A stretch of 64,000 nt of DNA from positions 81,344,001 to 81,408,000 of the forward strand of contig NC_082715.1 in the NCBI RefSeq assembly GCF_030144855.1, given 5' to 3'. A model generated the notes under the pieces. It saw only the letters and a list, made by a program, of their open reading frames with translations. It ran no database searches and had not been told where the DNA came from. The position numbers were made by a program, and so were the translations under genes. Shown in pieces: positions 24,716 through 37,355 of this stretch. Origin of the DNA: Hypanus sabinus. Lineage: Eukaryota. How positions within the stretch are numbered: the stretch's first letter is position 1; every line of letters starts with the position of its first letter.

Positions 24716-26156
24716 CTGAAAATTAAAAGAAGTAATAAGTTGAGATATGGAGGTCTACTTTCTAAACAAACACAAAAGAAAAACATATAAATTCATACAG
24801 CTTTTGTTCCAGCAAAAATGCCTTATGAGATAGAGCATTATTGTGAAAGCCAGCTCTCGTTTTGCAAGTGTCCAGAGAAGATTCATGAGAATGAAAGGAT
24901 TTATGTATGAGGAGCATTTGATGGCTCTGGGCCTATAATTGCTGGAATTTAGAAAAATGGGGGGTGGGAGGGAAGAAATCTCATTGAAAGACCTAGACAG
25001 AGTGGATGTGGGAACAATGTTTACTATGGTGGGGGAGAAAAGGTCATCCTTTTAGACCCAGAGATGAGGAGGAACTTCCTTAGACAGAAGGTGATGCGGC
25101 TGTGGAATTTATTGCCACATGCAGCTGGTATATTTAAAGTGGAGGTTGATGCGTTCTTGATTAGTAAGGGCATCAAAGTTTACTGGGAGAAAGCAAGAGA
25201 ATGGGGTTGACAGGGATAAAAAAAAAGTCAGCCATGATACAAACCCAACTGGCCAAAGGCCTAATTCAGCTCCAGTGTCTTATGGTGTTACGTTTTAATC
25301 TGTTTAGCACATGCCAGCCATGGCTTAATCAACAGCAGCTGGTGCATTTATGTTCTACTCCAAGGATTAGACCACCAATCCTCTCAACAGAGTCCTCAGA
25401 GACTACTTTGACAGTGCAGCACTGTTTTCCTGGATGTTATACCTAGGTTCTCCCAGTAAGACAAAAAAAAAAATCCATGCTACATTTAAACAGTTACCTG
25501 TACAATGTGCTTTATAGGATTGTTTATATATTTATTATGTTTAATATGCTGGGTGTTTTTTTATGTTGCATCACACCTGGAAAAACAATCACTTTGTTCA
25601 TTTTTACACTTGTGTACTGAAGTATGACAATAAACAATCAGGTACTCTGCTCAAGATTCAGGATTATTTATTGTCATCCTTCAGTACAGGAGTATAAATA
25701 TCCAGATCCAAAGCAGCATAAAAAATACACAAATATCAAAGCAATCCTATAAAACACAATGTATAGTCAACTGAGTGCAAGTGTAAAATGGCAGAGATAA
25801 GGTGGACGAAGGACATGGTGGGATTATGGAGAGCAGTTGCTGATGTAGATGCAGTGGTGGTGGGGGATGGTGGTTGGGTTAATGGGTGGAGTATTCTGTC
25901 AATATCTTCATTTATACATGATAGAATATCTTAAAAATCATGTTAAATGGAAAGTGACTGCTGGAAGTTTGTATGGCCACACTGGAAATAGTTGCTTTAA
26001 ATTCTCAATCTGGTTTTACAACCTTTGACTTTTCAAATATGGCAGCTATTCAACTGACAGTTAAACACTGACCATAAACAATCCCAACTGAAACAAAGAC
26101 AAGAGATTGTGCAGATGCTGGAAATCTTCAACAACACACAAGATGCTGGAGAAAAT

Positions 26157-26690
26157 CATAGAAACATAGAAAACCTACAGCACAGTACAGGCCCTTTGGC
26201 CCACAAAGTTGTGCTTACTAGAATTACTAGGCTTACCACTCTATTTTACTAAGCTCCATGTACCTATCTAAAAGTCTCTTAAAACACCCAATCGCATCCG
26301 CCTCCACCACCGTTGCTGGTAGCCCATTCCACACACTCACTACTCTTTGAGTAAAGAACTTACCCCTGACATCTCCTCTGCACCTACTCCCCAGCACCTT
26401 AAACCTGTGTCCTCTTGTGGCAACCATTTCAGCCCTGGGAAAAAGCCTCTGACTATCCACACGATCAATGCCTCTCACCATCTTGTACACCTCTATCAGG
26501 TCACCTCCGTCGCTACAAGGCCGAGTTAACTCAACTTATTCTCATAAGGCATGCTCCCCAATCGAGGCAACATCCTTGTAAATCTCCTCTGCACCCTTTC
26601 TATAGTTTCCACATCCTTCCTGTAGTGAGGCGACCAGAACTGAGAGTACTCCAAGTGGGGTCTGACGAGGGTCCTATATAGCTGTAACAG
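26157..26690 (-). mobile_element. CR1-like LINE 3' fragment inserted into a Penelope-type repeat
   Basis: ORFs 26526..26750 and 26233..26490 (LYRTLVRPHLEY; GIDRVDSQRLFP); flanks rejoin as gatgctggagaaaatca/caggtaggcagcatct. Confidence 0.88.
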
Positions 26691-27309
26691 GTAGGCAGCA
26701 TCTAATGAGGGGAATAACAGTAAACATTTTGGGCTGAGAACCTTCATCATAACTGGAAAAGAAGAGGACGGAACAGTAAGCTGTGGCGACAGGTGTGAGG
26801 ACTGGAAAAAATTGGAAGGTACGCATTTGGCAAGAAAAGTTGATTTGTATATATAGAAGTGCCAAAAAACTGGTATTCAAATCAGCATAAATTGCCTAAT
26901 ATGAGGGGCCACAATTTTAAGGTGATTGGAATAAAGTACGAGGGGGAATGTCAGTAGTCTTTACACTGAGAACAAGGGGCAATAGGAATGCACTGCCGGG
27001 GTGGTGGTAGAGGTAGATACATTAGACATTTTAGAAGATCTGAGAGAGTCACGTGAATGAAAGAAAAATGGAGGGCAATGTGGGAGGGATGGGTTAAATT
27101 GGTCCTAGAATATGTTGAAGGCAGCACAGCATCATGGTACTATGCTGTACTGTTCTATGTCCTGTCTTCTGTGTCTCCCATTCCCAACCCATCTCATATT
27201 GCTGCCTTCCCACTGAGGAGCCAGGCACACCAAACACACCTGTTGGTATCTGATTTGTCCTGCTATGCAGGATTCCTTATTAAACTCAGCCACAGTTTCC
27301 TTCACCCAC

Positions 27310-27472
27310 CTATAGTCCGCACTGGTTCCTTTATGTCAACTTGGAAATGGTTGATTCGGCCATCTTCCCCGACAGTAATAATCTCAGGACCACTACAAAT
27401 CAGGCTGGTGCAGGGGGTGCTGGTATTGGAATGATAGTGGACTCGGTCCCAATGCTGGGCGACCGAAAGAGT
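27310..27472 (-). CDS. NUP43: NUP43 exon 4
   Basis: TLSVAQHWDRVHYH...PCTSLICSGPEIITVGEDGRINHF...EPVRTI; 163 nt, phase 0 to 1. Confidence 0.96.
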
Positions 27473-27629
27473 CTGCAGGAAAAAATAAACAAACAGAAAA
27501 TGTGTTCTGAAAACATGCATGATATTGGCTTCAGTGAATATATAAAATAATACAGAAACGATGAAGATAGTATACTCAGTTTAAAAAAAATATTATCACT
27601 GATTTGTGACAGGAAGATCTGATTATTTA

Positions 27630-27930
27630 GCAACACAGAAAAATTGCTGAAGAAACTCAGCAGATCAGGCAGCATCTATATACAGGGAAATAAACAGTCA
27701 ATGTTTCAGCCAAGACCCCTCATCAGGACCGGAAAGGAAGGGGACGGATGCCAGAAAAGGTGCTGATGGGGCAGGAGTACAAGCTAACAGGAGATAAGTG
27801 AAACAAAGTATTTGGGGGGGAGGGGGAAGAGAAGGGAACTGCAAGCGGTTGGGAGGTTGTAGGTGAAGGGCTGAGAAGAAATCTAATAGCAGAGAACCAT
27901 TGACCATGCAATTGAGGGAAGGAGAGGAAC
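27630..27930 (-). mobile_element. Penelope-type terminal repeat with partly degenerate hammerhead motif (27695-27731)
   Basis: CGGUC-CUGAUGA-GGGGUCUUGGCU-GAAA-CA-UU-GACUG preceded by a pyrimidine-rich tract. Confidence 0.65.
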
Positions 27931-28029
27931 CAGCTCTTTCTTTTTTAAGCAGTTAAATCTTTTTTTTAAACTAAATTTCAAATAATACAGGATCTTTATA
28001 AGACAAGGTACAGAGCACGTTAAGAGTAA

Positions 28030-28680
28030 TCTCATAAGCTTTTCTTTTGGTGGGTGTCTCGATCTTGGAGAACCTACTATGGGCCAGCATACAGATGCAA
28101 CGATGAAGGCGGCACACAAGCACCTCTACGTTTTGAGAGGTTTACAAGATTCTGCATGTCATCAAAAACCTCAAATACTTCTACAGTTCTGCTGTGGAAA
28201 ACATTCTGACTGGTTGCATTGTGGCCTGGTATGGAAACTCTAATGCACAGGAATGCAAGAGTGATGAACTCGACCAGTTCCATCATGGGTACAGTTGCAA
28301 GGACATCTACAAGAGGCATTGTCTCAGGAAGGTGTCATCCATCATTAAGGAGACTTAACAACTGGGCATCTCATTGCTGTCATCATGCAGGAGGTACAGG
28401 AGCCTGAAGACACACAAGTCGAAGTTCAGCAACAGCCTTTTCCCCACTGCCATTAAATTATTGAATCAATCTAAAAAAAGCCCAAACTCTACACCAGAAT
28501 ATACTTCCCTCAACTTGAACTCATGTAATTTACATTTATCTTTTAAATCATGCAAGTTATGAATAATTTACATTAAGTTTATGCAAATCATGCTTGCCAT
28601 GTTAAGGTACTGTACTGCTGCAGATAGCTAACTTTCCACTGGCTTGTATTCCCATAACAATGAATTTGCTTTAATTTCAG
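28030..28680 (+). mobile_element. Rex1/Babar-like LINE 3' fragment
   Basis: aaatacttctacagttctgctgtggaaaacattctgactggttgcatt..gcctggtatgg (FY.. VE.ILTGCI.AWYG) motif. Confidence 0.75.
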
Positions 28681-28730
28681 AAACTATTTGTATTTCATGA
28701 CACAAAAATGCCATGATTTAGTATTATTAC

Positions 28731-28808
28731 CTGGTTGTTCGGATGATGTCGGAACACAGTCACACTTCCTGTGGATGAAGCAGTGACGATCCTCTCCTGA
28801 TCTAGAAA
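28731..28808 (-). CDS. NUP43: NUP43 exon 3
   Basis: FLDQERIVTASSTGSVTVFRHHPNNQ; 78 nt, phase 0 to 0. Confidence 0.96.
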
Positions 28809-28984
28809 CTACAACAAAAAAAGACAAACCATTGCCTTTATACATTGACAGTGGTTGGACTGTATGATAGATGAGAGCTGGCACAAAATTACAGCAACAG
28901 TGGGGATCAGGTGTATAGATATAAATATAACCCATGTGCACAGAATTTAAAATTGAACTGATAATGGAGGCACATGCTTTGTAT

Positions 28985-29800
28985 CTCATTTCTCATATCT
29001 CATTCTTCTAAATTCCAGTGAATACAGGCCCAAGGCCATCATTTGCTTGTGTTAACCCTTTCATTACTGGGATCATTCTCATGAACCTCCTCTGGACCCT
29101 CTTTTACTAGATAAGTGGCGTAAAACTGCTCTCAATACTCAAAGTGTGCTGTGACCAATGCCTCAGCATTACATCCTTGCTTTTGCAGTCCTCTCAAAAT
29201 GAACGTTAACAATGCATTTGCTTTCCTTACCACCCACTCAACCTGCAAGTTAACCTTCAGGGAATCCTGCACAAGAACTCTCAAGTAAATTTGCATCTCT
29301 GATTTTTGAATTTTCTCCCCATTTAGAAAATAGTCCACACCCTTATTCCTACTACCAAAGTGCATGGCCATACACTATATTCCATCTGCCAATTTTTTAC
29401 CCATTCTTCCAATCTGGTTAAGTCCTTCTATAGACACCCTGTTTCCTCAACACTACCTGTTCCTCCACCTAGCTTTGTATCGAATGCAGACTTGGCCACA
29501 AAGCCATCAATTCCTTCATCCAAAACACTGACATACAACATGAAAAGAAGCAATCCCAACACCAACACAGTGGCACACTACTAGTCACTGACAGCCAACC
29601 AGAAAGGCCCCCTATAATCCAACTCATTGCCTCCTCCCAGTCGGCCTATCTGATTGTATCTTTCCTGCAATACTATGGGCTCGTATCTTGTTAAGCAGCC
29701 TCATGTTTGGCACCTTGACAAAGGTCTTCTGAAAATCCAAATAAACAAAATCCACTGATTATTCTTCATCTATCCTGCCTACTATTTCCTCAAAGAAATA
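28985..29800 (-). mobile_element. CR1-like LINE fragment
   Basis: ORF 29132..29371 HFGSRNKGVDYFLNGEKIQKSE...SLKVNLQVE.VVRKANA. Confidence 0.8.
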
Positions 29801-29834
29801 AGATGCACGATCTCTTTCAAACCAGACCAATTAC

Positions 29835-29957
29835 CTGCAAATCCATGACATCACCATTGTGCTTTATTTCACACAGCAGTTCCGGGTCCTCCACAAGCAA
29901 CTGGTCTGATTCAGTGGTATCAATGTCCTGTGTCTCCCAAAGGCACACTTTGTTCTG
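29835..29957 (-). CDS. NUP43: NUP43 exon 2
   Basis: QNKVCLWE...DPELLCEIKHNGDVMDLQ; 123 nt, phase 0 to 0. Confidence 0.94.
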
Positions 29958-30159
29958 CTGCTTGGGGAGGAAAAACACATCATTAGCTTGGGGCTGCAGG
30001 GCTGTCTGTTCGGGTGGGAGAAAGGAATGGGGATTGTTTTGTTGCAGGTGTTGCTTGTGATTTTTTTTCTGAACATTGTGGGCATGTTACGTTGGCACGG
30101 GAATGTGCAGCAACACCTGCGAGCTGCACCCAGCACCTTATTAAGTTGTGTTTGTTGTA

Positions 30160-30825
30160 AACCAACTCCCAGCTCCCATACTTTTTATTTGATTAGTCTT
30201 TTGAGGTTACAAAACATAACAATGGTGATAAAGAAGTTTTAAAACAAACCCAAGACAACTATCTACCTGTTGAAGCACAGCATGTTTTTCTGTAGTGGAT
30301 TCATAAACAGAGAGTACTGGGTGATAATAATAAAACAAATTTTCAAAAATAGCAGAAATGACTGGCTACATCAAAAAGGATAGATGTGTTTGATTGCACA
30401 ACATGTAACAGGCTGCTGTATTTGTGCTGTAGCTAGTGAGATGGATCGCACAGTGGCTGAAGGAATTCTTTCCAAGATTGAGTAGAGCCTATGGGGAATG
30501 CCAGTCCCCAAGAAGGCAAGAAGGACGGGTATGTCAGAATCTGTGGTAATTTCAAGATGACCATCAACCTAGTACCGAAAGTAGATCAATACTCTCTACC
30601 AGTATAGAGAATATATTTGTAAACCTTTCTAGATGGAAGCACTTCAGCAAAGTAGACTTATCTAAGGTCTACCAACAGTTGGAGAAGGAAGAAGAGTCGA
30701 AAGTGTTTCTCCCTATAAACACCCACAAAGGGCTTTATTGGTATAAAGGCTTCTTTTTAGAGTAGCATCTGCATTCTGGCAGAAAGCACTAGACCAGGTG
30801 CTGCAAGGTTGCCGAGGCACAGTAT
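30160..30825 (+). mobile_element. Gypsy LTR-retrotransposon remnant (LTR end, gag start, degenerate RT)
   Basis: Disrupted translation resembling EGILSK..VRICGNFKMTINLVPKVDQYSLP..HFSKVDL..INTHKGLY..ALDQVLQG; upstream aacataaca|atggtga LTR/PBS-like junction. Confidence 0.8.
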
Positions 30826-31036
30826 CTCTTCCAGGATCCCTCCCTCCCCATTGACAGCATCATTCACCTCTCCTCCGCCGTCAGAAAGCACACCCAACTC
30901 TCCTCCCCTCCGCCCCCGGGAAAGCACCCCCCCCCCCGCCTATCTCCCCTCCATCCCTCATTCACACTTCCCACCTCATCGCCTCCTGGTTCCCTTCCAC
31001 CAACACTTTCACTTTCCCGCCCCGACGCACACATAC

Positions 31037-31147
31037 CTCCGCATCCCAGGAGCCTGTGGCGAGACATTCCGGCGGCCCTAAACTGGAGCCGGGCTCCGGC
31101 CGCCAACGCGTTCGGCTGATCTTTTGGGACACAAACCGTCCATGCAT
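31037..31147 (-). CDS. NUP43: NUP43 exon 1 (coding part)
   Basis: gcggccATG; MHGRFVSQKISRTRWRPEPGSSLGPPECLATGSWDAE then gtatgt donor; the eight exons total 1107 nt = 368 aa WD40 protein. Confidence 0.95.
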
Positions 31148-31300
31148 GGCCGCGAAGAATGCTGGGACAGCCAACTTCCGGGAGGAAGCAACCAACTTCC
31201 GGGAAGATTATCCCTGGCAGGTCCTGAGGTCCAACTGCTATAGGCCGGAGTCACCATGGTTACAGGGCAGAACATCGTTTTACAATCATCGCAACGCTTC
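31148..31300. promoter_or_regulatory. Bidirectional NUP43/SHPRH promoter: tandem ETS/GABP sites and RFX X-box
   Basis: CCAACTTCCGGGA at 31171-31183 and 31192-31204; GTCACCATGGTTAC at 31250-31263; CpG-rich. Confidence 0.75.
31230..31300 (+). other. SHPRH: Probable non-coding exon 1 of SHPRH (5' end approximate)
   Basis: TTC|GTAAGT donor at 31301 in the only non-repeat CpG island upstream of the SHPRH start-codon exon. Confidence 0.6.
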
Positions 31301-32639
31301 GTAAGTAACATTTTTAACAAGTCGTAGAAGAAGATGACAGGGAGGGGGGATGCGGACGGGGAAAGAAGCGCCGCTTTGAGTCTGGTTCAGCAACTGGCGT
31401 GAGGCTTTTCCTATGGCACAGGGATTGTTTCATTGTGCACGGGGCTACCTTTCGTATCTGATGTTAAACTGACCCGCATTTTCGTTCCCCACTGGATGGA
31501 AAAGTTGCCATAGCATGCTCGCCAAAAGTTTAACTCAACGCTGATGTATTTTGTGCATTTCAACTATACCTCCTTAAATTCCTTAGGAATTGAAAGTGTT
31601 TTGTGACAATCTGTCACCGAAATTATACAGATTTGTTCTCTTGTGCTTTCTATAAAAAATGTTTGGTATATTCTTTTCAATACTAATGATAAACGGTTGG
31701 TGTTCAAAATTGAAAGTAAATGTATTATCAAAGTACATATATGTCATATACAACCGCTACTCAATAAATCTATAGAATAGTAAACATAACAGAGTCAATG
31801 AAAGACTGCACCAACTTGGATATTCAACCAGTGTGCAAAAGGCAAATTATGCAAATACAAAAAGAGAGAAATAATAATACATAAATAAACAATGAATATC
31901 GAGAGCATGAAATGAAGCCATCATGACCATGTCCTAGGTGGCTAGAGTCCCTGATGATGGATGTAGGTAAGTGAACTAATTTGTTAAATTTTACTATAAA
32001 AATTGACCTCTGATTAAATCCTCTGCTCCCTGTCTGCTTTATTAAGATAAAAAGTTTAACCTGCAGATGTTAAAAGAAATTGCAGCAAAGCCCATGCATG
32101 ACTTTAATTTCTTACTTCACAGCGATCTATTATCATAGTTGAAGGGTGATGATGCAGGGTGAATGCATATTGCAGCTGTGATTTTCCAGTATGCATGAGA
32201 AGAAGTTGTTTTACTACAATCGGACATCTATGGCAGTATTCATCACGTAAAGAGAATTCCTTTGTTTTCCCAACTGGTTTCCAAACAAGCAGGAGAATTA
32301 TTTGCTTCTAATCAGGTAAATTTTAAACATTGAAGCTTTTATTTGTTGCTGAACTTATTAAGAACTGTTTAACATTATAAGACTAAGAGGCATAGCTTTT
32401 TAAATAACAGGCATTATTTATATTTATTTAATGCTAAAATGCTCCAGGTTAAAAAGTTGATAGATTAATATCTTTGGGCACTTGTTCCCATTTTGTTTTG
32501 TACTGCACATTTTGTTTCAGAGTAGAAACTGATTTTGAATTAGTAAGTATAAACTGCTTTGAGGTGTTTAGTGATATCTCAGGGCAACAAACTGATTCCA
32601 ACTACTTTCATTCCAATCACTTTGAAACACTGAGAGTGT

Positions 32640-33130
32640 CCTTACCAACTGCATCACTGTCTGTACGGGAATTGCAAGGCTTTACCAAGGATTGCAACGG
32701 CTGCTGGGAGGATCATCATGGTCTTTCTTCTACCCATCCAAAATATTTATCATGAGTGCTGTGTATGTAGGGCCCTTAGCATTGTCAGTGATCCTCACCA
32801 CCCATCCTTCAATCTCTCTGACTCCTACCATCAGGCTGGAGGCACTGTAGCATCTGGATAAGATTGCTAGGATGGAAAACGGTTTCTTCTCCCAGGCCGT
32901 GAAACTTCTAAACTCCCTGAAATCACATAGGTCTCATCACATTTGAAGTGCAGGTGGTATATACACTTTACTTTTTGACTTGTGTCGTAAATGCACCTTA
33001 TTATTTGTGGTAATATTACATCATGTTGTGGTTGAGTTATATGTACTATATTGTGCACATTGGTGTGGAGGAACGTTGTTTCGTACGGCGGTATACATTT
33101 ATACGGTTGAATGAAAATAAACTTGAACTT
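32640..33130 (+). mobile_element. Rex1/L2-like LINE 3' fragment
   Basis: ctaccatcaggctggaggc...ttcttctcccaggccgtgaaact; aataaacttgaactt tail. Confidence 0.65.
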
Positions 33131-33274
33131 CTTACCCTGTAGAATGTCTAGGTCTCCAGTTGCTCTCGGTCAACATAGGAATTAGGAGCGGGAGTAGGAC
33201 CTTTGGTCCATCAAGTGCAATTCCATAAGGTCGTGGTTGCTTTGAGTGTCACCTCAACACATTCCTATCTACCT

Positions 33275-34052
33275 ATATAAGAACAGGAAGGCAGATTACT
33301 ATCTGAATGGTGTCAGGTTAGGAAAAGGGGAAGTACAACGAGATCTAGGTGTCCTTGTTCATCAGTCACTGAAAGTAAGCATGCAGGTACAGCAGGCAGT
33401 GAAGAAAGCTAATGGCATGTTGGCCTTCATAACAAGGGGAGTTGAGTATAGGAGCAAAGAGGTCCTTCTGCAGTTGTACAGGGCCCTGGTGAGAACACAC
33501 CTGGAGTATTGTGTTCAGTTTTGGTCTCCAAATTTGAGGAAGGACATTCTTGCTATTGAGGGAGTGCAGCGTAGGTTCACAAAGTTAATTCCCGGAATGG
33601 TGGGACTGTCATATGTTGAAAGATTGTAACGACTGAGCTTGTATACACTGGAATTTAGAAGGATGAGAGGGGATCTGATTGAAACATATAAGATTATTAA
33701 GGGATTAGACACACTAGAGGCAGGAAACATTTTCCCGATTTTGGGGGAGTCCAGAACCAGAGGCCACAGTTTAAGAATAAGGGGTAGGCCATTTAGAACA
33801 GAGTTGAGGAAGAAACTTTTTCACCCAGAGAGTTGTGGATCTGTGGAATGCTCTGCCTCGGAAGGCAGTGGAGGCCAATTCTCTGGATGGTTTCAAGAAA
33901 GAGTTAGATAGAGCTCTTAAAGATAGCGGAGTAAAGGGATATGGGGAGAAAGCAGGAACAGGGTACTGATTGTGGATGATCAGTCATGGTCACGGTGAAT
34001 GGCAGTGCTGGCTTGAAGGGCTGAATGGCCTACTCCTGCACCTATTGTCTAT
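33275..34052 (+). mobile_element. CR1-like LINE 3' fragment
   Basis: ORFs 33246..33629 and 33639..33911 (QRDLGVLVHQSLK..LYRALVRTHLEYCVQFWSP); tattgtctatt tail. Confidence 0.92.
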
Positions 34053-34484
34053 TTATCTCTGCTTTAAAACTGCTCAAAAACTCTGCTTTCACAAGCCTTT
34101 ATGACATGGTTCCAAAGACTCAAAGCAGTTTTCAAGAAAAAAAATTACCTCTTAAATGGACAGCCCACTGATTTGAAATGCCAGCTCCCTGTGCTCTTCA
34201 CCCCATTACAATAATCACCAGTTAAGATTCTCTGTACATTTACTCTCGTGGGAACCACCAGAGATCTTATATATTGTAATGAGGTCCTTTCCCACTCTTC
34301 TAAACTCTAATAGCCTGTCTAACTTTTCATCATAAGGTAACTTGCCTAATTCAAATATTAGTCAAGTATATCTTTGTTGAATATAATAACTTTCTCCTTA
34401 AATAAGGAAACAGATTTTGTGCATAGTTCTTTAGAGGTGTTCTCCTCCAATGTCAAAGATTCAAAGGTTCATTTTATTATCAAA

Positions 34485-36410
34485 GTATGAGGAGAAGATA
34501 GCAGAGATACTTAATGAATACTTTGCTTCAGTATTCACTATGGAAAAGGATATTGGTGATTATAGAGATGACTTACAGTGGACTGAAAAGCTTGAGCATA
34601 TAGATATTAAGAAAGAGGATGTGCTGGAGCTTTGGAAAGCATAAAGTTGTATAAGTAACCGGGACTGGATGAGATGTACCTGTGGCTTCTGTGGGAGGCC
34701 AGGGAGGAGATTGCTGAGCCTCTGGCAATAATCTTTGCATCATCAATGGGGACAGGAGAGCTTCCGTAGGGTTGGAGGGTTGCAGATGTTGTTCCCTTAT
34801 TCAAGAAAGGGAGTAGAGATAGTTCAGGAAATTATAGACCAGTGAGCCTTACTTCAGTGGTTGGTAAATTAATGGAGAAGATCCTGAGAGGCAGGATTTA
34901 TAAAGATTTGGGGAGGCATAATATAATTAGGAATAGCCAGCATGCCTTACGAGCCTGATTGAATTTTTTGAGGATGTGATTAAGCACATTCATGAAGGAA
35001 GAGTAGTAGATGTAATGTATATGGATTTCAGCAAGGCATTTGACAAGGAACCCCATGCAAGGTGTATTTTTTTTGTTTTAGGTTAGTTTAGTGGGGGTTT
35101 TTTTTCTTTCTCAATAACAGAAATTTTTGAGTCTTTTTTTCTGTGAATTGTTAAGAGGAGTTGTGGTTTTTTTTCTTTATAATAGCCTAATACTATACTA
35201 TATATGATTTTTGGCAGTGTATATTTCTTTCTTTGTACTATTATTGAAATATTTGAGATAACTTCTCCTCTGACATATTTATCCTTATTCTTTTAAATCA
35301 ATAAAAAAAAGATTGAAGATAAGAAAGTAAAGAGGCATGGGATCCAAGGGGACATTGCTTTGTGGATCCAGAACTGGCTTGCTCACAGAAGGCAAAGAGT
35401 GGTTGTAGATGGGTCATATTCTGCATGGAGGCCAGTGACCAGTGGTTTGCCTCAGGGATGTGTTCTGGGACCCCTACTCTTAATGATTTTTATAAATGAC
35501 CTGGATGAAGAAGTGGAGGGATGGGTTAGTAAGTTTGCTGATGACACAAAGGTTGGGGGTGTTGTGGATAGTGTGGAGGGCTGTCAGAGGTTACATTGGG
35601 ACATTGATAGGATGCAAAACTGGGCTGAGAAGTGGCAGATGAAGTTCAACCCAGATATGTATGAAGTGGTTCATTTTGGTAGGTCAGGTATGATGGCAGA
35701 GTATAGCATTAATGACAAAGACTCTTGGCAGTGTGGAGGATCAGAGGGATCTCGGGGTCTGAGTCCATAGGACGCTCAAAGCAGCTGCGCAGGTTGACTC
35801 TGTGGTTAAGAAGGCATATGGTGCATTGGCTTTCATCAATTGTGGGATTGAGTTTAGAAGCGGAGAGGTAATGTTGCAGCTATATAGGACTCTGGTCAGA
35901 CCCCACTTGGAGTACCGTGCTCAGTTCTGGTTACCTCACTACAGGAAGGATGTGGAAACCATAGAAAGGGTGCAGAGGAGATTTACAAGGATGTTGCCTA
36001 GATTGGGGAGCATGACTTATAAGAATAGGTTGAGCAAACTCAGCCTTTTCTCCTTCGAGCAACAGAGGATGAGAGGTGACCTGATAGAGGTGCGTAAGAT
36101 GATGAGAGGCATTGATCATGTGGATAGTCAGAGGGCACAGTTTTAAGGTGCTTGGAAGGAGGTACAGAGGAAATGTCAGGGGTAAGTTCTTTTCGCAGAG
36201 TGTGGTGAGTGCATGGAATGGGCTGCCAACGACATTGGTGGAAGTGGGTACGATAGGGTCTTTTAAGAGACTCCTGGATAGGAGTATGGAGCTTAGAAAA
36301 ATAGAGGGCTATGGGTAACTCTAGGTAATTTCTAAGGTAAAGACATGTTCAGCACAGCTTTGTGGGTTGAAGGGCCTGTATTGTGCTGTAGGTTTTCTAT
36401 GTTTCTATGT
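34485..36410 (+). mobile_element. CR1-like LINE, ~1.9 kb RT region, interrupted by an AT-rich insertion at ~35065-35320
   Basis: NYRPVSLTSVVGK, YMDFSKAFD, PQGCVLGP, KFADDTK motifs; (ttctatgt)n tail. Confidence 0.93.
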
Positions 36411-37355
36411 ATGCAGGATACAACTCTGAGATTCGTCTTCTCCAGATAGCCACAAAACAATGAAAAACCATGGAAGTCATTGAAAGGAAAGACATCAGCT
36501 CCCCTGCACAAAAAGAAAAAGGAAACAAAAACTCGCAACCCTCAAACTCCCAACTCCCTCCTCGCACACAAACTAACCGATCACCCACATGGAAAATGGC
36601 AGCAATGTCCTGTGCAAATGAAACATACCCCCACCCCCACCCAAGTTTTATCCAGATACAATTCTCTAGGCAGTGAAAGGTAACAGTTTCAGCTCTCCTA
36701 ATTACATGACTTGCATACAAGGGAATCATCAGGACAGCAAATCCCTCAGCATTCAAGTCCTCTTCAGCCCCTCACTATATAGAATGATAAATGAACTGGA
36801 TAGCACAATAGAGTGCTATGAATCCAAGTTTGTTAATGGCAATACACAGTAAATAAAAACAAGCAAAATGTTACAAACAAAAGTGTAGTGATAACGTAGT
36901 TCATGAAACAAAAAAATGTAGTGGTGGCATGATTTAAAGTTGTCTACTTTGCTCCAAAAGGATCATTTTCTGTTACTTGTATTCAAAGTTCAGTCTGACC
37001 AGATGTGTCAAATGAAAAGTCAGTGAAATCAAACGTTGAGACTTTCTCTCTCCACAGATGTTTCCCGATCTTCTAGGATTTTCTGCCATTCTGTGTTTTT
37101 GTCTAAGATCTTGTAGGCCGATCTAAAATAATAAAAAAAGGTAATAGAATGTTAGACATTAAAATTAAATAACTATAAAAGGAGATAATATTTTACTATG
37201 ACCATAGCACAGTCTAATTTGACCACGTTTGTAGTTTGGGTTGAATTCTGGCACATCTTAGAAAGCATATATAATAACAGGCCATTTAGGAATGCAGAAT
37301 TTGTTTCCATTTTCAATTGTAAAGAGGTAAGATTGTGATTTTACTTCACTGAACG

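Noticed and set aside
31056-31304. 82-aa plus-strand ORF overlapping NUP43 exon 1, and the MVASSRK.. N-terminal extension of NUP43
   Set aside because: Non-ATG starts in the promoter region; NUP43 homology begins at the ATG at 31147
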